NCBI GenBank assembly: GCA_041563315.1
Contig: JBFFNE010000003.1
Location: forward strand, 6,764 to 70,763
DNA length: 64,000 nt
Direction of reading: 5' to 3'
DNA from: Thiohalomonadaceae bacterium
GTDB taxonomy: Bacteria; Pseudomonadota; Gammaproteobacteria; Thiohalomonadales; Thiohalomonadaceae
Shown here piece after piece: positions 49,004 to 57,968 of the stretch. The position numbers and the translations under genes are program-made. Within the stretch, counting starts at the first letter, position 1. Each line of letters starts with the position of its first letter. The notes beneath the pieces are model-generated. The model ran no database searches. It saw only the letters and a program-made list of their open reading frames with translations, and was not told the DNA's origin.

Positions 49004-50596
49004 TTATTCCTGCTCAGCAGCTTCGGGTTCAGGTTCATTTTGAGCCTGAAGCGCCTTTTCCTGATTTGAACCGGTCATGACCAGGGATTCACCTACCAGC
49101 TGATGGGTACTTACCAGCATGTGCATGGGGAAGTTGTAGTAGGGAAGTACCTTGGCAAACTGTGCCTTACAGATAGCGCAGATCGCAGCCAGCGTGTTGA
49201 CGCCGCGATTGTCGACTACCTCTTTGAGTGCCTCCATACGGGGTAGCGCACCCTTGACGCGGATCTCCATCAAGTCATCGGTCAGCAGACCGCCGCCACC
49301 GCCGCAGCAGTAGGTCTTTTCCTTGATGCTGTCGGGATCCATGTCGACATAGTTATTGCAGCATGCCTTGATCACCTCACGCGGGATCTCGAACTGGCCG
49401 CCGGGCCTCGTGCCCATGCGGCTGGCACGGGCCACGTTGCACGAGTCGTGGAAGGTGACAGTGCGATGATCATTGGCAGACTTGTCGAACTTGAGTTCGC
49501 CCTTTTGAATGAGGTCGTGGGTAAACTCGCAGATGTGCATCGGCTGTGGCACGTTCGGGTCCAGCTGCTTTTGCAGTTTCTGCGCGTACTCATCGCTCGG
49601 ATCCGCGCCGGCACCAACACCGGTGAGGGTGTTCCAGAAGGAGTAGGCGACACGCCAGGCGTGACCACACTCACCGACGATCACGCGTTTGACACCCAGC
49701 TCCAGGGCCGCTTCACGGATGCGCTCGGCAACGACCTTCATGTTGCTGTAGGAACCGATGAACATGGAGAAGTTGGCGGCTTCGGCAGCGTGGGAGCTGA
49801 GGGTCCAGCTCACGCCCGCCTCATGGAACACCTTGGCGTAACCCATCAGGCCATCGATGTGTGGCTCGGCAAAGAAGTCGGCTGACGGGGTGATCAACAG
49901 GACATCAGCGCCCTTGACATCCAGCGGAATCTCTACCGGCAGACCAGTATCCTCCTGGATCTCTTCGGCGAACTCTGCCAGGGTCGCTATCAGTGCCGGG
50001 CCGGGCAGGCCGAGGTTGTTGCCCACTGTCTGGACTTTACCCAGAATCTCGTTGCAGTACTTCTGGCCGTGACCGACATGATCCATGATCTCACGGGCGG
50101 CCATGGAGATCTCGGCGGTGTCGATACCGTAGGGGCAGAACACGGAGCAGCGACGGCATTGCGAGCACTGGTGGAAGTAGCTGTACCACTCGTCGAGTAC
50201 TTCGCGGGTCATATCGCGAGCACCAACCAGCTTCGGGAAGTACTTGCCGGCAAAGGTGAAATAGCGGCGATAGACACTGCGCAGCAGGTCCTGACGGGCC
50301 ACCGGCATGTTCTTCGGATCCGAGGTGCCCTGGAAATAGTGGCACTTGTCAGTACAGGAGCCGCACTTGACGCAGCTGTCCAGGTACACGCGCAAACCGC
50401 GGTACTTGCTCAGCAGGTCCCCCATCTTATCGATGGCTTTCTCTTCCCAGTTATCGACCAGCTCACCAGGGAAGCCCAGTTGCTCCTGGTGGTTCGGCTT
50501 GGCGATAAAGGGGCTCAGATGCGCAGTCGCATCGGGTATTAGCTTGTTGGGAACAGCTGGGTATTCCCTAAATTCTGGTGTCTGAAAATCGGCCAC
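49004..50596 (-). CDS. dsrK: DsrK (HdrD-like catalytic subunit)
   Basis: CVKCGSCTDKCH and CSQCRRCSVFCP clusters, and a CCG domain (YCCGGGGG). Confidence 0.9.
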   Translation of the reverse strand: MADFQTPEFREYPAVPNKLIPDATAHLSPFIAKPNHQEQLGFPGELVDNWEEKAIDKMGDLLSKYRGLRVYLDSCVKCGSCTDKCHYFQGTSDPKNMPVARQDLLRSVYRRYFTFAGKYFPKLVGARDMTREVLDEWYSYFHQCSQCRRCSVFCPYGIDTAEISMAAREIMDHVGHGQKYCNEILGKVQTVGNNLGLPGPALIATLAEFAEEIQEDTGLPVEIPLDVKGADVLLITPSADFFAEPHIDGLMGYAKVFHEAGVSWTLSSHAAEAANFSMFIGSYSNMKVVAERIREAALELGVKRVIVGECGHAWRVAYSFWNTLTGVGAGADPSDEYAQKLQKQLDPNVPQPMHICEFTHDLIQKGELKFDKSANDHRTVTFHDSCNVARASRMGTRPGGQFEIPREVIKACCNNYVDMDPDSIKEKTYCCGGGGGLLTDDLMEIRVKGALPRMEALKEVVDNRGVNTLAAICAICKAQFAKVLPYYNFPMHMLVSTHQLVGESLVMTGSNQEKALQAQNEPEPEAAEQE

Positions 50597-50632
50597 GCGA
50601 TTACCCTCAGTCTTTGTCCTAGTTCGCCTTAA

Positions 50633-51352
50633 TTACTTATCGAGCTCAGCGGCCCACGGTGCCAGGTGGCGCTTTTCGCGCGGATTATCGACCTGGTTGC
50701 GGCTCGGGCTGAAGAATACGCCGGGCGCATGCAGCAGCTTGCTGATTGGGAAAATGATCATCAGCACAGCAACCAGTGCCAGGTGCAACAGCAGAACCGG
50801 GTCTGTAGGCAACGGCTGGATATTGAACTGCAGCAGGCCAATGAAGAAACTCTTCACAGCAACAATGTCGGTGTGTGCCACAAACTTCATCATCAAGCCA
50901 CTAGCACCGATACCGACGAGCAGGGCAAGAATCAGGTGATCGGAAGGGTTGGTGATGTAGCGGATACGCTCGACGAAAATGCGGCGTGCCCACAGTCCCA
51001 GCAGACCAGCGACCATGGCAAAACCGGCATACATGCCGAACGGCTGAATCAGTACTACCCATCCCCATACCGGTTCGATGAAATACCGCAGGTGGCGGAG
51101 CAGTACCAGGGCCAGGCCGATGTGGAACATGTAACCAAACAGCCAAAGCCACTTGTTGCCTTTAAACAGACTTTCAAACAGCGCGACCTCACGGGCCATG
51201 CGAAACACCACGCCGCCACGGGTCGTTGGAGCGGGTGTTGTAGGAATCTTAAGCGGTGCAGGCGTGGTCCAGTATTGGCGAATCTTATAACCAAGACCGG
51301 CAATCAGCAGCACAGTCGCTACGTAAAAAAGGAGTGCATACAGCACTGACAT
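50633..51352 (-). CDS. dsrM: DsrM (NarI-like dihaem cytochrome b)
   Basis: 239-aa membrane protein with conserved His residues in TM helices. Sits between dsrC and dsrK. Confidence 0.9.
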   Translation of the reverse strand: MSVLYALLFYVATVLLIAGLGYKIRQYWTTPAPLKIPTTPAPTTRGGVVFRMAREVALFESLFKGNKWLWLFGYMFHIGLALVLLRHLRYFIEPVWGWVVLIQPFGMYAGFAMVAGLLGLWARRIFVERIRYITNPSDHLILALLVGIGASGLMMKFVAHTDIVAVKSFFIGLLQFNIQPLPTDPVLLLHLALVAVLMIIFPISKLLHAPGVFFSPSRNQVDNPREKRHLAPWAAELDK

Positions 51353-51387
51353 TTATCGACCCTCCGAACTACGGAATTTATCAAGAA

Positions 51388-51408
51388 GGGGGGAGCAGGG
51401 CTCCCCCC
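51388..51408 (-). terminator. GC-rich stem-loop between dsrC and dsrM (possible attenuator or RNA stabiliser)
   Basis: GGGGGGAGC-AGG-GCTCCCCCC, 11 nt after the dsrC stop. The downstream tract is only moderately U-rich. Confidence 0.4.
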
Positions 51409-51419
51409 AACACAACGGC

Positions 51420-51755
51420 TTAGATACAGCCGGTCGGCTTGGGCAGACCAGCAATCTTACAAGCCTGCTTGGCAGGACCGTAGGGGAACAGTTCGTACAG
51501 GTACTTGCTGTTGCCCTTTTCTGGCCCAAGCTTCTTGCCGATAGCTTTGGTCAGAACGCGCACTGCAGGGGCGATCTGATACTCGTCGTAGTACTCACGC
51601 AGAAAGTCGATAACTTCCCAGTGTGAATCGGTCATTTCGACGTTTTCAGACTTGGCAAGCTCAACGCCCACGTCCTTGTCCCACTGGCTCAGATCAACCA
51701 GGTAGCCTTCCTCATCAACTTCCAGCTCGCGGCCGGCAACATTCATAGTAGCCAT
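51420..51755 (-). CDS. dsrC: DsrC
   Basis: 111 aa ending ...PAKQACKIAGLPKPTGCI, with both conserved C-terminal-arm cysteines. Confidence 0.95.
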   Translation of the reverse strand: MATMNVAGRELEVDEEGYLVDLSQWDKDVGVELAKSENVEMTDSHWEVIDFLREYYDEYQIAPAVRVLTKAIGKKLGPEKGNSKYLYELFPYGPAKQACKIAGLPKPTGCI

Positions 51756-51793
51756 ATCAATATCTCCTCGTAGAGTTTTACAATCGGCTAGAT

Positions 51794-52093
51794 TTACAAC
51801 CAGGCTTGAACCTTGTCGTTTTCACAAGCAAGGTCAACAAAGCCGGCATAATCAATCACCTTTACGCCATCCAGCACTTTGTCGGCAATGCCTCGGGCCT
51901 TCAAATCAGAACCCAGGGCATATAAGGTGAACTTACCCATAGCGTCTTTCATTGCTGCGGCAAAAGCACCACCATTAAGAGCGCCATAGACACCATCTTC
52001 GATCAGCAGAATTGCACTACCTTCGGCAGCATGTGCCAGGCAGGCCTCAAGGCTGTTCTTCTCGAAGGGTGATTTGTTTACGGTATGCAACAT
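51794..52093 (-). CDS. dsrH: DsrH
   Basis: 99 aa, DsrH/TusB-like, with an N-terminal Cys (SLEACLA). Position after dsrF. Confidence 0.85.
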   Translation of the reverse strand: MLHTVNKSPFEKNSLEACLAHAAEGSAILLIEDGVYGALNGGAFAAAMKDAMGKFTLYALGSDLKARGIADKVLDGVKVIDYAGFVDLACENDKVQAWL

Positions 52094-52107
52094 CTCTATT
52101 CCCTCCG

Positions 52108-52494
52108 TTAGAAGCTCAGGATCACGTCTTGCTCTTCCATCAGAGCAGCGATCTCAGCGGCAGTCTTTACTTCAACATCAACGATAAGATCGTCTTCTGT
52201 CAGGCCACGCTGTTCCAGAGATTCCTTGGCAACGTACAGTTTTTCAACATCGTACATCTCAAGGGCCTTATAAGTATTGGAGAAGTTCTTCGTCTCGATA
52301 CCGGTGGTGTCCTGACCCTTAAGGATCTCGAAAACACCATCGTCCATAAAGACGAGAGTTACATCCTGTTCAAATGCAGCACCAATCAGTACTACTTCCA
52401 GGGACTCCAGTGCGTAAACGGTTCCGTGCGGAGCCTTGCGGTTCACGTACAGGAACTTCTTTACCTCACCGCCCATCATTTCGTCGCTCATCAT
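52108..52494 (-). CDS. dsrF: DsrF
   Basis: 128 aa, DsrF/TusC-like, between dsrE and dsrH. Confidence 0.85.
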   Translation of the reverse strand: MMSDEMMGGEVKKFLYVNRKAPHGTVYALESLEVVLIGAAFEQDVTLVFMDDGVFEILKGQDTTGIETKNFSNTYKALEMYDVEKLYVAKESLEQRGLTEDDLIVDVEVKTAAEIAALMEEQDVILSF

Positions 52495-52503
52495 AACCCC
52501 CGA

Positions 52504-52896
52504 TTAATCGCCGAATACAACCAGTCGGTCAGACTGGATGCCACCTTCGATCAACTGCCCCAGACCGGAAATACGGAAGCCGGGTGCGATGTTGTCGGCG
52601 TCTTTACCGTTACGCTTTGCCTCGTCGGCGTCGGCGATGCCGCGGCGCTGGGCCGCGGCGACGCATACAACCAAGTCGACGTTGTGCTTCTCGGCAAGCT
52701 CACTCCAGCGGTTGACCACATTACGGTCATCCTGTGGAGGGGTGGTCAGACGCGTCGCGTTGTTCACCCCGTCGTGGTAGAAGAAGACACGAAAAATCTC
52801 GTGTCCCTTCTCCAGCGCGGCTTTGGCGAACTGGTAGGCGCTGTCTGAAGCCTGATGAGTGTAAGGACCTTCGCTAACCTGAATTGTAAACTTCAT
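52504..52896 (-). CDS. dsrE: DsrE
   Basis: 130 aa, DsrE/TusD-like, with the active-site region VVCVAAAQRRG. Confidence 0.9.
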   Translation of the reverse strand: MKFTIQVSEGPYTHQASDSAYQFAKAALEKGHEIFRVFFYHDGVNNATRLTTPPQDDRNVVNRWSELAEKHNVDLVVCVAAAQRRGIADADEAKRNGKDADNIAPGFRISGLGQLIEGGIQSDRLVVFGD

Positions 52897-52914
52897 AATT
52901 CTCCTATCCTTTTC

Positions 52915-53985
52915 TTAGAAGCGGATGTGAGCAGAAGCGTTCAGGTTCACACGACCACCACGCCAGTTATCGATGTGGTACTTGGTGAACGGCAGACCGG
53001 TCTTCTCGAAGAACTGCGGCCAACCAATACGCTCAACCCAATCACCCATACGTTCCCAATCTTTCGCATCTTCCTTGTAGACAGCCAGGATCTTCTTGAC
53101 GATCTCGGCAGCTTCAGGCCAACGCGGTGGATTGTTCGGGATACCGGCAGCAACCAGCTTGTGGAACATCGGCTTGGAACGGGCATTGGAGTGCTTACCA
53201 CCCACCCAGATAGCCAGCTTGGAGTGCTCGGGATCGTTGATCTGCATCGGCGGGCAGGGCGGGAAGCAGGCACCACAGCAGATGCACTTTTTCTCGTCGA
53301 CCTCGAGGGTCGGCTTGCCGTTAACCATCGCAGGACGGATAGCCGCTACCGGGCAACGCGCCACAACGGTGGGACGCTCACAAGCGTTGGCAACCAGGTC
53401 GTGGTTGATCTTCGGCGGCTTGGTGTGCTGGATGTTGATCGCGATATCACCCTGGCCACCGCAGTTGATCTGGCAGCAGGAGGTGGTCATGTGAACACGG
53501 TTCGGCATGTCTTCCTTAATGAACTCTTCGTGCAGCTCATCCATCAGCGCCTTAACAACACCGGAAGCGTCAGTACCGGGGATGTCGCAGTGCAGCCAGC
53601 CCTGGGTGTGAGAGATCATGGTAACGGAAGGACCGGTACCACCGACAGGGAAACCTTCAGCAGTCAGCTTGTCGACCAGCGGAGCCACTTTGGACTCATC
53701 ACTAACCATGAACTCAATATTGGAGCGCATGGTGAAACGAACGTGACCTTCAGCCAACTCGTCAGCGATATCACACAGCTTGCGAATGGTGTAGACGTCC
53801 ATCTGACGCTGGGTACCGGCACGAACGGTCCAGACCTGATCTCCGCTCTTGGCGACGTGGCGCAGGACACCGGGACGCGGGCGATCATGATAGCTCCACG
53901 CACCAAAGTTTTTCTTCAGTACGGGGTGCATGAACGGGAACGGATCTGGTACACCGCTCTCGATAGGCATACGAGGTGCAGACAT
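52915..53985 (-). CDS. dsrB: dissimilatory (reverse-type) sulfite reductase beta subunit
   Basis: 356 aa with sirohaem/Fe-S cysteine motifs and a ferredoxin insert (CICCGACFPPCP). Follows dsrA. Confidence 0.95.
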   Translation of the reverse strand: MSAPRMPIESGVPDPFPFMHPVLKKNFGAWSYHDRPRPGVLRHVAKSGDQVWTVRAGTQRQMDVYTIRKLCDIADELAEGHVRFTMRSNIEFMVSDESKVAPLVDKLTAEGFPVGGTGPSVTMISHTQGWLHCDIPGTDASGVVKALMDELHEEFIKEDMPNRVHMTTSCCQINCGGQGDIAINIQHTKPPKINHDLVANACERPTVVARCPVAAIRPAMVNGKPTLEVDEKKCICCGACFPPCPPMQINDPEHSKLAIWVGGKHSNARSKPMFHKLVAAGIPNNPPRWPEAAEIVKKILAVYKEDAKDWERMGDWVERIGWPQFFEKTGLPFTKYHIDNWRGGRVNLNASAHIRF

Positions 53986-54058
53986 AATTACCTCCGACTC
54001 ATGGTTAAATGGTTAATGAGGGACTGCCACAGTGTAGCTGTCCCACACATAAATATGT

Positions 54059-55303
54059 TTAGGCCTGGGCTTTACGCTCGAACCACTTCTGTGCTTCCTC
54101 GTCCCAGCCGTCCATGCGAACGTAGGAGTTAGAGCGCGGGTCACCGATCATGTTCGGGTCAACATCGAGGCCGAGACCTTCGAGGAAGTTGACCAGACCG
54201 ATACGCTCGATCATCTCACCGGTACGCTCGTGCTCGAGGGCGTTTTCGGCGAAGAAATCGATGACGTTGCCGGCCAGCTCTTCGATGGCTTCGAAGTCTT
54301 CGTCGCTGTCCATCTTCATGAACGGAACGATTACGGTACCCATCAGGTCACCGATCTTCAGGGTACGCTTACCGCCGATGAGGACGGAAACACCCTTGTC
54401 GTTACCGGGGCTCAGCGCCTTGTTCATGACGTTGAGGCAGTGCATGCAGCGCACGCAGCCCTTGTTGTCAACGTCGAGGGTGTCGTCGTCGTTCAGGCTC
54501 AGGGCGTTGGTGGGGCAGCGGCTGATGACATTGTCAACAACGTACTTGCGGCCCTTGTCGGCAACGAAAGCTTTGACTTCGTCCTGGTCGACGATCATCT
54601 CGTCGCGCCAGGTGCCGATAACAGAGAAGTCGGCACGGTGGATGGAGTTCATGCAGTCGTTGGCGCAGCCGGAGACCTTGAACTTCATCTTGTAGGGCAG
54701 CGCCGGGCGGTGCATGTCGTCGAGGAAGGCATTAACCAGGGTGCGGTGAATGCGCTGCTCATCGGCACAGGACTGCTCACAACGAGCGGCACCAACACAG
54801 GACATACCGGTACGGACAGCCGGGCCGGCGCCGCCGAGGTCAAAGCCCATCTCGTTCATTTCGTCGAAAGCGGGCTGAACGTTAGCGGTGGTGCAGCCCT
54901 GGAACATGATGTCACCGGACTGACCGTGGAAGGCGATGAGGCCTGAGCCGTACTTTTCCCAGATATCGCAGAACTTGCGCAGGGTAGCGGTATCGTAGTG
55001 CATACCGGCCGGGGGCATGATACGCAGGGTGTGGAACTCGGCAGCAGCAGGGAACAGGGGTTGCTTGTTCTCGTCGTGCAGCTCAGTGAAGCGGGGGATA
55101 ACGCCGCCGCCGTAACCGACAACGCCGACGGTACCGCCCTTCCAGTAACCTTTTTTGGTCTGGTAGGAGGTTTCCAGCTGACCCATCAGGTCAACCATCA
55201 TGTCGTTGTCGTTAGCCAGACGCTTGAGGCCGGTAACAAAGCTCGGCCATGGGCCGCTTTCCAGCTGGTCAAGGTTCGGTGTGTCGTGCATTTTCTTAGC
55301 CAT
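54059..55303 (-). CDS. dsrA: dissimilatory (reverse-type) sulfite reductase alpha subunit
   Basis: 414 aa with motifs CVGAARCEQSC and SGCANDCMNS. First gene of the operon. The linked dsrEFH and dsrL indicate an oxidative rDsr. Confidence 0.95.
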   Translation of the reverse strand: MAKKMHDTPNLDQLESGPWPSFVTGLKRLANDNDMMVDLMGQLETSYQTKKGYWKGGTVGVVGYGGGVIPRFTELHDENKQPLFPAAAEFHTLRIMPPAGMHYDTATLRKFCDIWEKYGSGLIAFHGQSGDIMFQGCTTANVQPAFDEMNEMGFDLGGAGPAVRTGMSCVGAARCEQSCADEQRIHRTLVNAFLDDMHRPALPYKMKFKVSGCANDCMNSIHRADFSVIGTWRDEMIVDQDEVKAFVADKGRKYVVDNVISRCPTNALSLNDDDTLDVDNKGCVRCMHCLNVMNKALSPGNDKGVSVLIGGKRTLKIGDLMGTVIVPFMKMDSDEDFEAIEELAGNVIDFFAENALEHERTGEMIERIGLVNFLEGLGLDVDPNMIGDPRSNSYVRMDGWDEEAQKWFERKAQA

Positions 55304-55849
55304 CTAATATTTACTCCCGTCAGACTTATGGGCAATGGGCCGACCTGACCAATTCAGGTGCGGCTTACCAAAGGCTACAGGTACTACATACAAATCCTGC
55401 ATGGATTGAAGAACTCCACTTAGGGGGCTCCCAATATGGGACGAATTTTAGAAGTTACTTATGGGGCAATAAAACCTGTCTGATGGGGGGGGGAAGGGGA
55501 GGCGGCATATCCCAAAAGGGATATATGAAAAGGGGCCGCATATAAGTTTATAGGCCAATTAATTTTACTTAATTCTAATAAAATCAGTGTGTTGTGGCGC
55601 AGTCTTTGTGTGAATTGTAACTATTGGGCAAGTTTTATGGTGAAGATAAAAATAAAGAAACTTCCAATGAACTCAGGGTTATTATTCGCCTTAACCTATC
55701 GGTTGCCCGATTATGGGGGGAAAGCCCGCGCTATGCAAAAGCGTATGATATTATCCAGCGCAAATTTTAACGCGACATGAAATGCTTGAGATGCGGCTAC
55801 TGTGGACACATATAACAAGCAGTAGCAACACTGTTAATGGAGGCTCCCC

Positions 55850-56026
55850 ATGCTGTACCTGAGTGAAATCCTGATCCAGAACCCACAGTTGGAGAACTTT
55901 GATCAACTATTAGCGGTGGTAAAAGAACGCTCCAAAAGCGAGATGTTCTTTCGTATCGATGTCAAACCCCCGTATCCGGACACCCCCGAAAACTGGGAGG
56001 ACCGGCTCGAAGCGAGCTTCACCTAA
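55850..56026 (+). CDS. 58-codon hypothetical ORF (not in the supplied track)
   Basis: ATG at 55850 with GGAGG 6 nt upstream. Translation is MLYLSEILIQNPQLENFDQLLAVVKERSKSEMFFRIDVKPPYPDTPENWEDRLEASFT, with TAA at 56024-56026. Confidence 0.35.
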   Translation: MLYLSEILIQNPQLENFDQLLAVVKERSKSEMFFRIDVKPPYPDTPENWEDRLEASFT

Positions 56027-56080
56027 TATAGTAGGTGTCTTTCGGGACGCAAGTACACATCAAGAAAACGGATACCTTTT

Positions 56081-56788
56081 GTGAAATATCTCAATCTAAA
56101 CGATCACCATAGCGAAGCCGAGTGCTCTAACGATGCGATCAAGTCCAGTGAACTGCTGGTAAACCGCCTGACAGAGCTGGAACAGGAGCTGCAGACCGCC
56201 ACGGGCGTTGATCGCCTTAAGCCCCTGCTCGACAGCGGATACATTCTGCTGGATCTGGTTGATCGCGACAAGGATGCCTGGAAGGCGGGCAAAGAGGCCT
56301 TTGATATCGCCATTGCCAATGAACAATGGCTGCAGGCGGTCGAGGCCTGCGACATCATCTATCAGGCGGATCAGGACGATGCGGTGAAAGCCCTGGCTCA
56401 TGGGATCTGGCTGGGGGTCACCTATCCCATCGATCCGGAACTCAGCGTCGCGATGCTTCAACACTTGGTCGAAGAGACCCCGGACAATTCCGACGGTGCC
56501 GGTGTGGCTGCCGCCACGGCCTGTTACCTCGTGGATATGCGCGCCCAGGGTAAGCAGTGTGATGATCTGCAGTTCTTTACCGGCCAGCTGCTCGGCCAGG
56601 TGGCCCGCCGCCATACCAACGGCGCCTGCGACACCCAGGAGCTGTTCGATATCTGGATGGATCGCCTTGAGCTGAAAGAGCCGGACAAGTTCCTGCCGCG
56701 CCTGGCGGCCATCGTTGACGTTCTGGTGCCCGCTGGCGAGTGGTGGTATGACCGGGACGTATTGCGTGAAAAAATTCCGGCGGAGTAA
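56081..56788 (+). CDS. hypothetical acidic helical protein
   Basis: 235-aa ORF with a GTG start and no obvious SD. Composition is protein-like. The next gene starts 5 nt downstream. I recognise no family. Confidence 0.6.
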   Translation: MKYLNLNDHHSEAECSNDAIKSSELLVNRLTELEQELQTATGVDRLKPLLDSGYILLDLVDRDKDAWKAGKEAFDIAIANEQWLQAVEACDIIYQADQDDAVKALAHGIWLGVTYPIDPELSVAMLQHLVEETPDNSDGAGVAAATACYLVDMRAQGKQCDDLQFFTGQLLGQVARRHTNGACDTQELFDIWMDRLELKEPDKFLPRLAAIVDVLVPAGEWWYDRDVLREKIPAE

Positions 56789-56793
56789 GTCGT

Positions 56794-57462
56794 ATGTATT
56801 GGCAAGAGGAAGAAGACGACGGTAGTCAGTTTGTTGTCCCAGAGGATGTCGTTGACGTCCAGTTCTCCATCACCTGCAAGAGCCTGCCGGTAGATCATGC
56901 GCACGCGCTATCCACTGCCGTAAAGGAGGCACTGCCCTGGTTTGCCGAGGAGGTTCAGGCCGGACTGCACCTAATCCATGTCGCCGAGTCGGGCAATGGC
57001 TGGGAGCGCCCCCAGGGAGAGGATGAATTGCTTTATCTTTCTCGCCGGACCAAGCTTACCCTGCGTGTGCCACATCATCGGCTCGAGGATACTAAACAGC
57101 TGACCGGCCAGATCCTTGATGTCGCGGGTAACGCCATGGAGATAGGTAAGAGCAATGTTCGCCTGCTCAGTATCTCCACAACCCTCTATGCTCGCTACGT
57201 TGCCAGCGAAACGGGGCAGAGTGAGGATGATTTTCTGGCTGCACTGATCACTGAACTCAAGAGTGCTGGTCTGCGATTCAAGAAGGTGCTTTGTGGTAAA
57301 GAGAACCTGATGGATACTCCGGATGGCTCAATTATCACGCGCAGTCTGTTGGTTGCGGACATGGGATTCGATGATGCAGTTAAGCTGCAGGAGACCGGTG
57401 TTGGCCCACATGCCTACAAGAAACTTGGTTGTGGCTTGTTCATTGCCCATAAGACCGTTTAA
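56794..57462 (+). CDS. Cas6/Cmx6-like RAMP-family protein (orphan)
   Basis: N-terminus MYWQEEEDD..VVDVQFSITCKSLPVDHAHAL and the C-terminal glycine-rich loop GVGPHAYKKLGCGLF match my recollection of the subtype-MYXAN Cas6 (Cmx6) family. This needs a profile search. Confidence 0.55.
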   Translation: MYWQEEEDDGSQFVVPEDVVDVQFSITCKSLPVDHAHALSTAVKEALPWFAEEVQAGLHLIHVAESGNGWERPQGEDELLYLSRRTKLTLRVPHHRLEDTKQLTGQILDVAGNAMEIGKSNVRLLSISTTLYARYVASETGQSEDDFLAALITELKSAGLRFKKVLCGKENLMDTPDGSIITRSLLVADMGFDDAVKLQETGVGPHAYKKLGCGLFIAHKTV

Positions 57463-57523
57463 AATGGCGTGATTTGATTTTTTTGGCTTAGTAATAACAG
57501 CGTTAATGAGATAGGAGAAAACG

Positions 57524-57862
57524 ATGGGTTACGAAGTGAACGGCAAGACCATTGAAGCCAATGACAACGGCTACCTGATTAATATTGAGGACTGGAATGA
57601 GGACGTGGCTGCTGTTATTGCCGCTGCCGAGGGTATTGCCCTGACCGAAAAGTCCTGGGACCTGATCAACTTCTTGCGTGACGAGTACATCAACAATAAC
57701 GGCAACCAGCCCAATGACCGTAATATCGTCAAGGCCATGTCCGATAAGTGGGGCGAGAAGTTGCAGGCCAAAGACCTATACACTTTGTTCCCTATGCAGC
57801 CCTCCAAGCAAGCCGCTAAAATCGGTGGTCTGCCGGAGAGCCGTCGTAAGGGTGGTTACTAA
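57524..57862 (+). CDS. DsrC/TusE-family paralog lacking both conserved cysteines
   Basis: Aligns with DsrC throughout (NGYLINIEDWNEDVA..., WDLINFLRDEY...) but ends KQAAKIGGLPESRRKGGY. AGGAG SD. Confidence 0.85.
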   Translation: MGYEVNGKTIEANDNGYLINIEDWNEDVAAVIAAAEGIALTEKSWDLINFLRDEYINNNGNQPNDRNIVKAMSDKWGEKLQAKDLYTLFPMQPSKQAAKIGGLPESRRKGGY

Positions 57863-57891
57863 TCGGTAGCTAAGCCTTTACGGCCCAAGAA

Positions 57892-57918
57892 AGCCCGCCG
57901 TTGTTGCGGGCTTTTTTA
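57892..57918. terminator. bidirectional rho-independent terminator
   Basis: AGCCCGC-CGTTGTT-GCGGGCT followed by TTTTTT, with an A-rich 5' flank. Lies between convergent genes. Confidence 0.8.
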
Positions 57919-57968
57919 TGGAAAAGATCTAACCGCTCACAAGTCAGTCTGGGCAATTTTGCCCAGAA

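Noticed and set aside
52855-54132. Very long antisense ORFs: 425 aa opposite dsrB here, plus 24331..25500 (-), 12293..13189 (+), 21727..22632 (+), 47308..48183 (+) and 54230..54946 (+).
   Set aside because: Each lies fully inside a gene on the other strand that has clear family motifs. Their translations are low-complexity (rich in R, G, A, V, H) with no motifs. These are typical shadow ORFs in GC-rich coding DNA.
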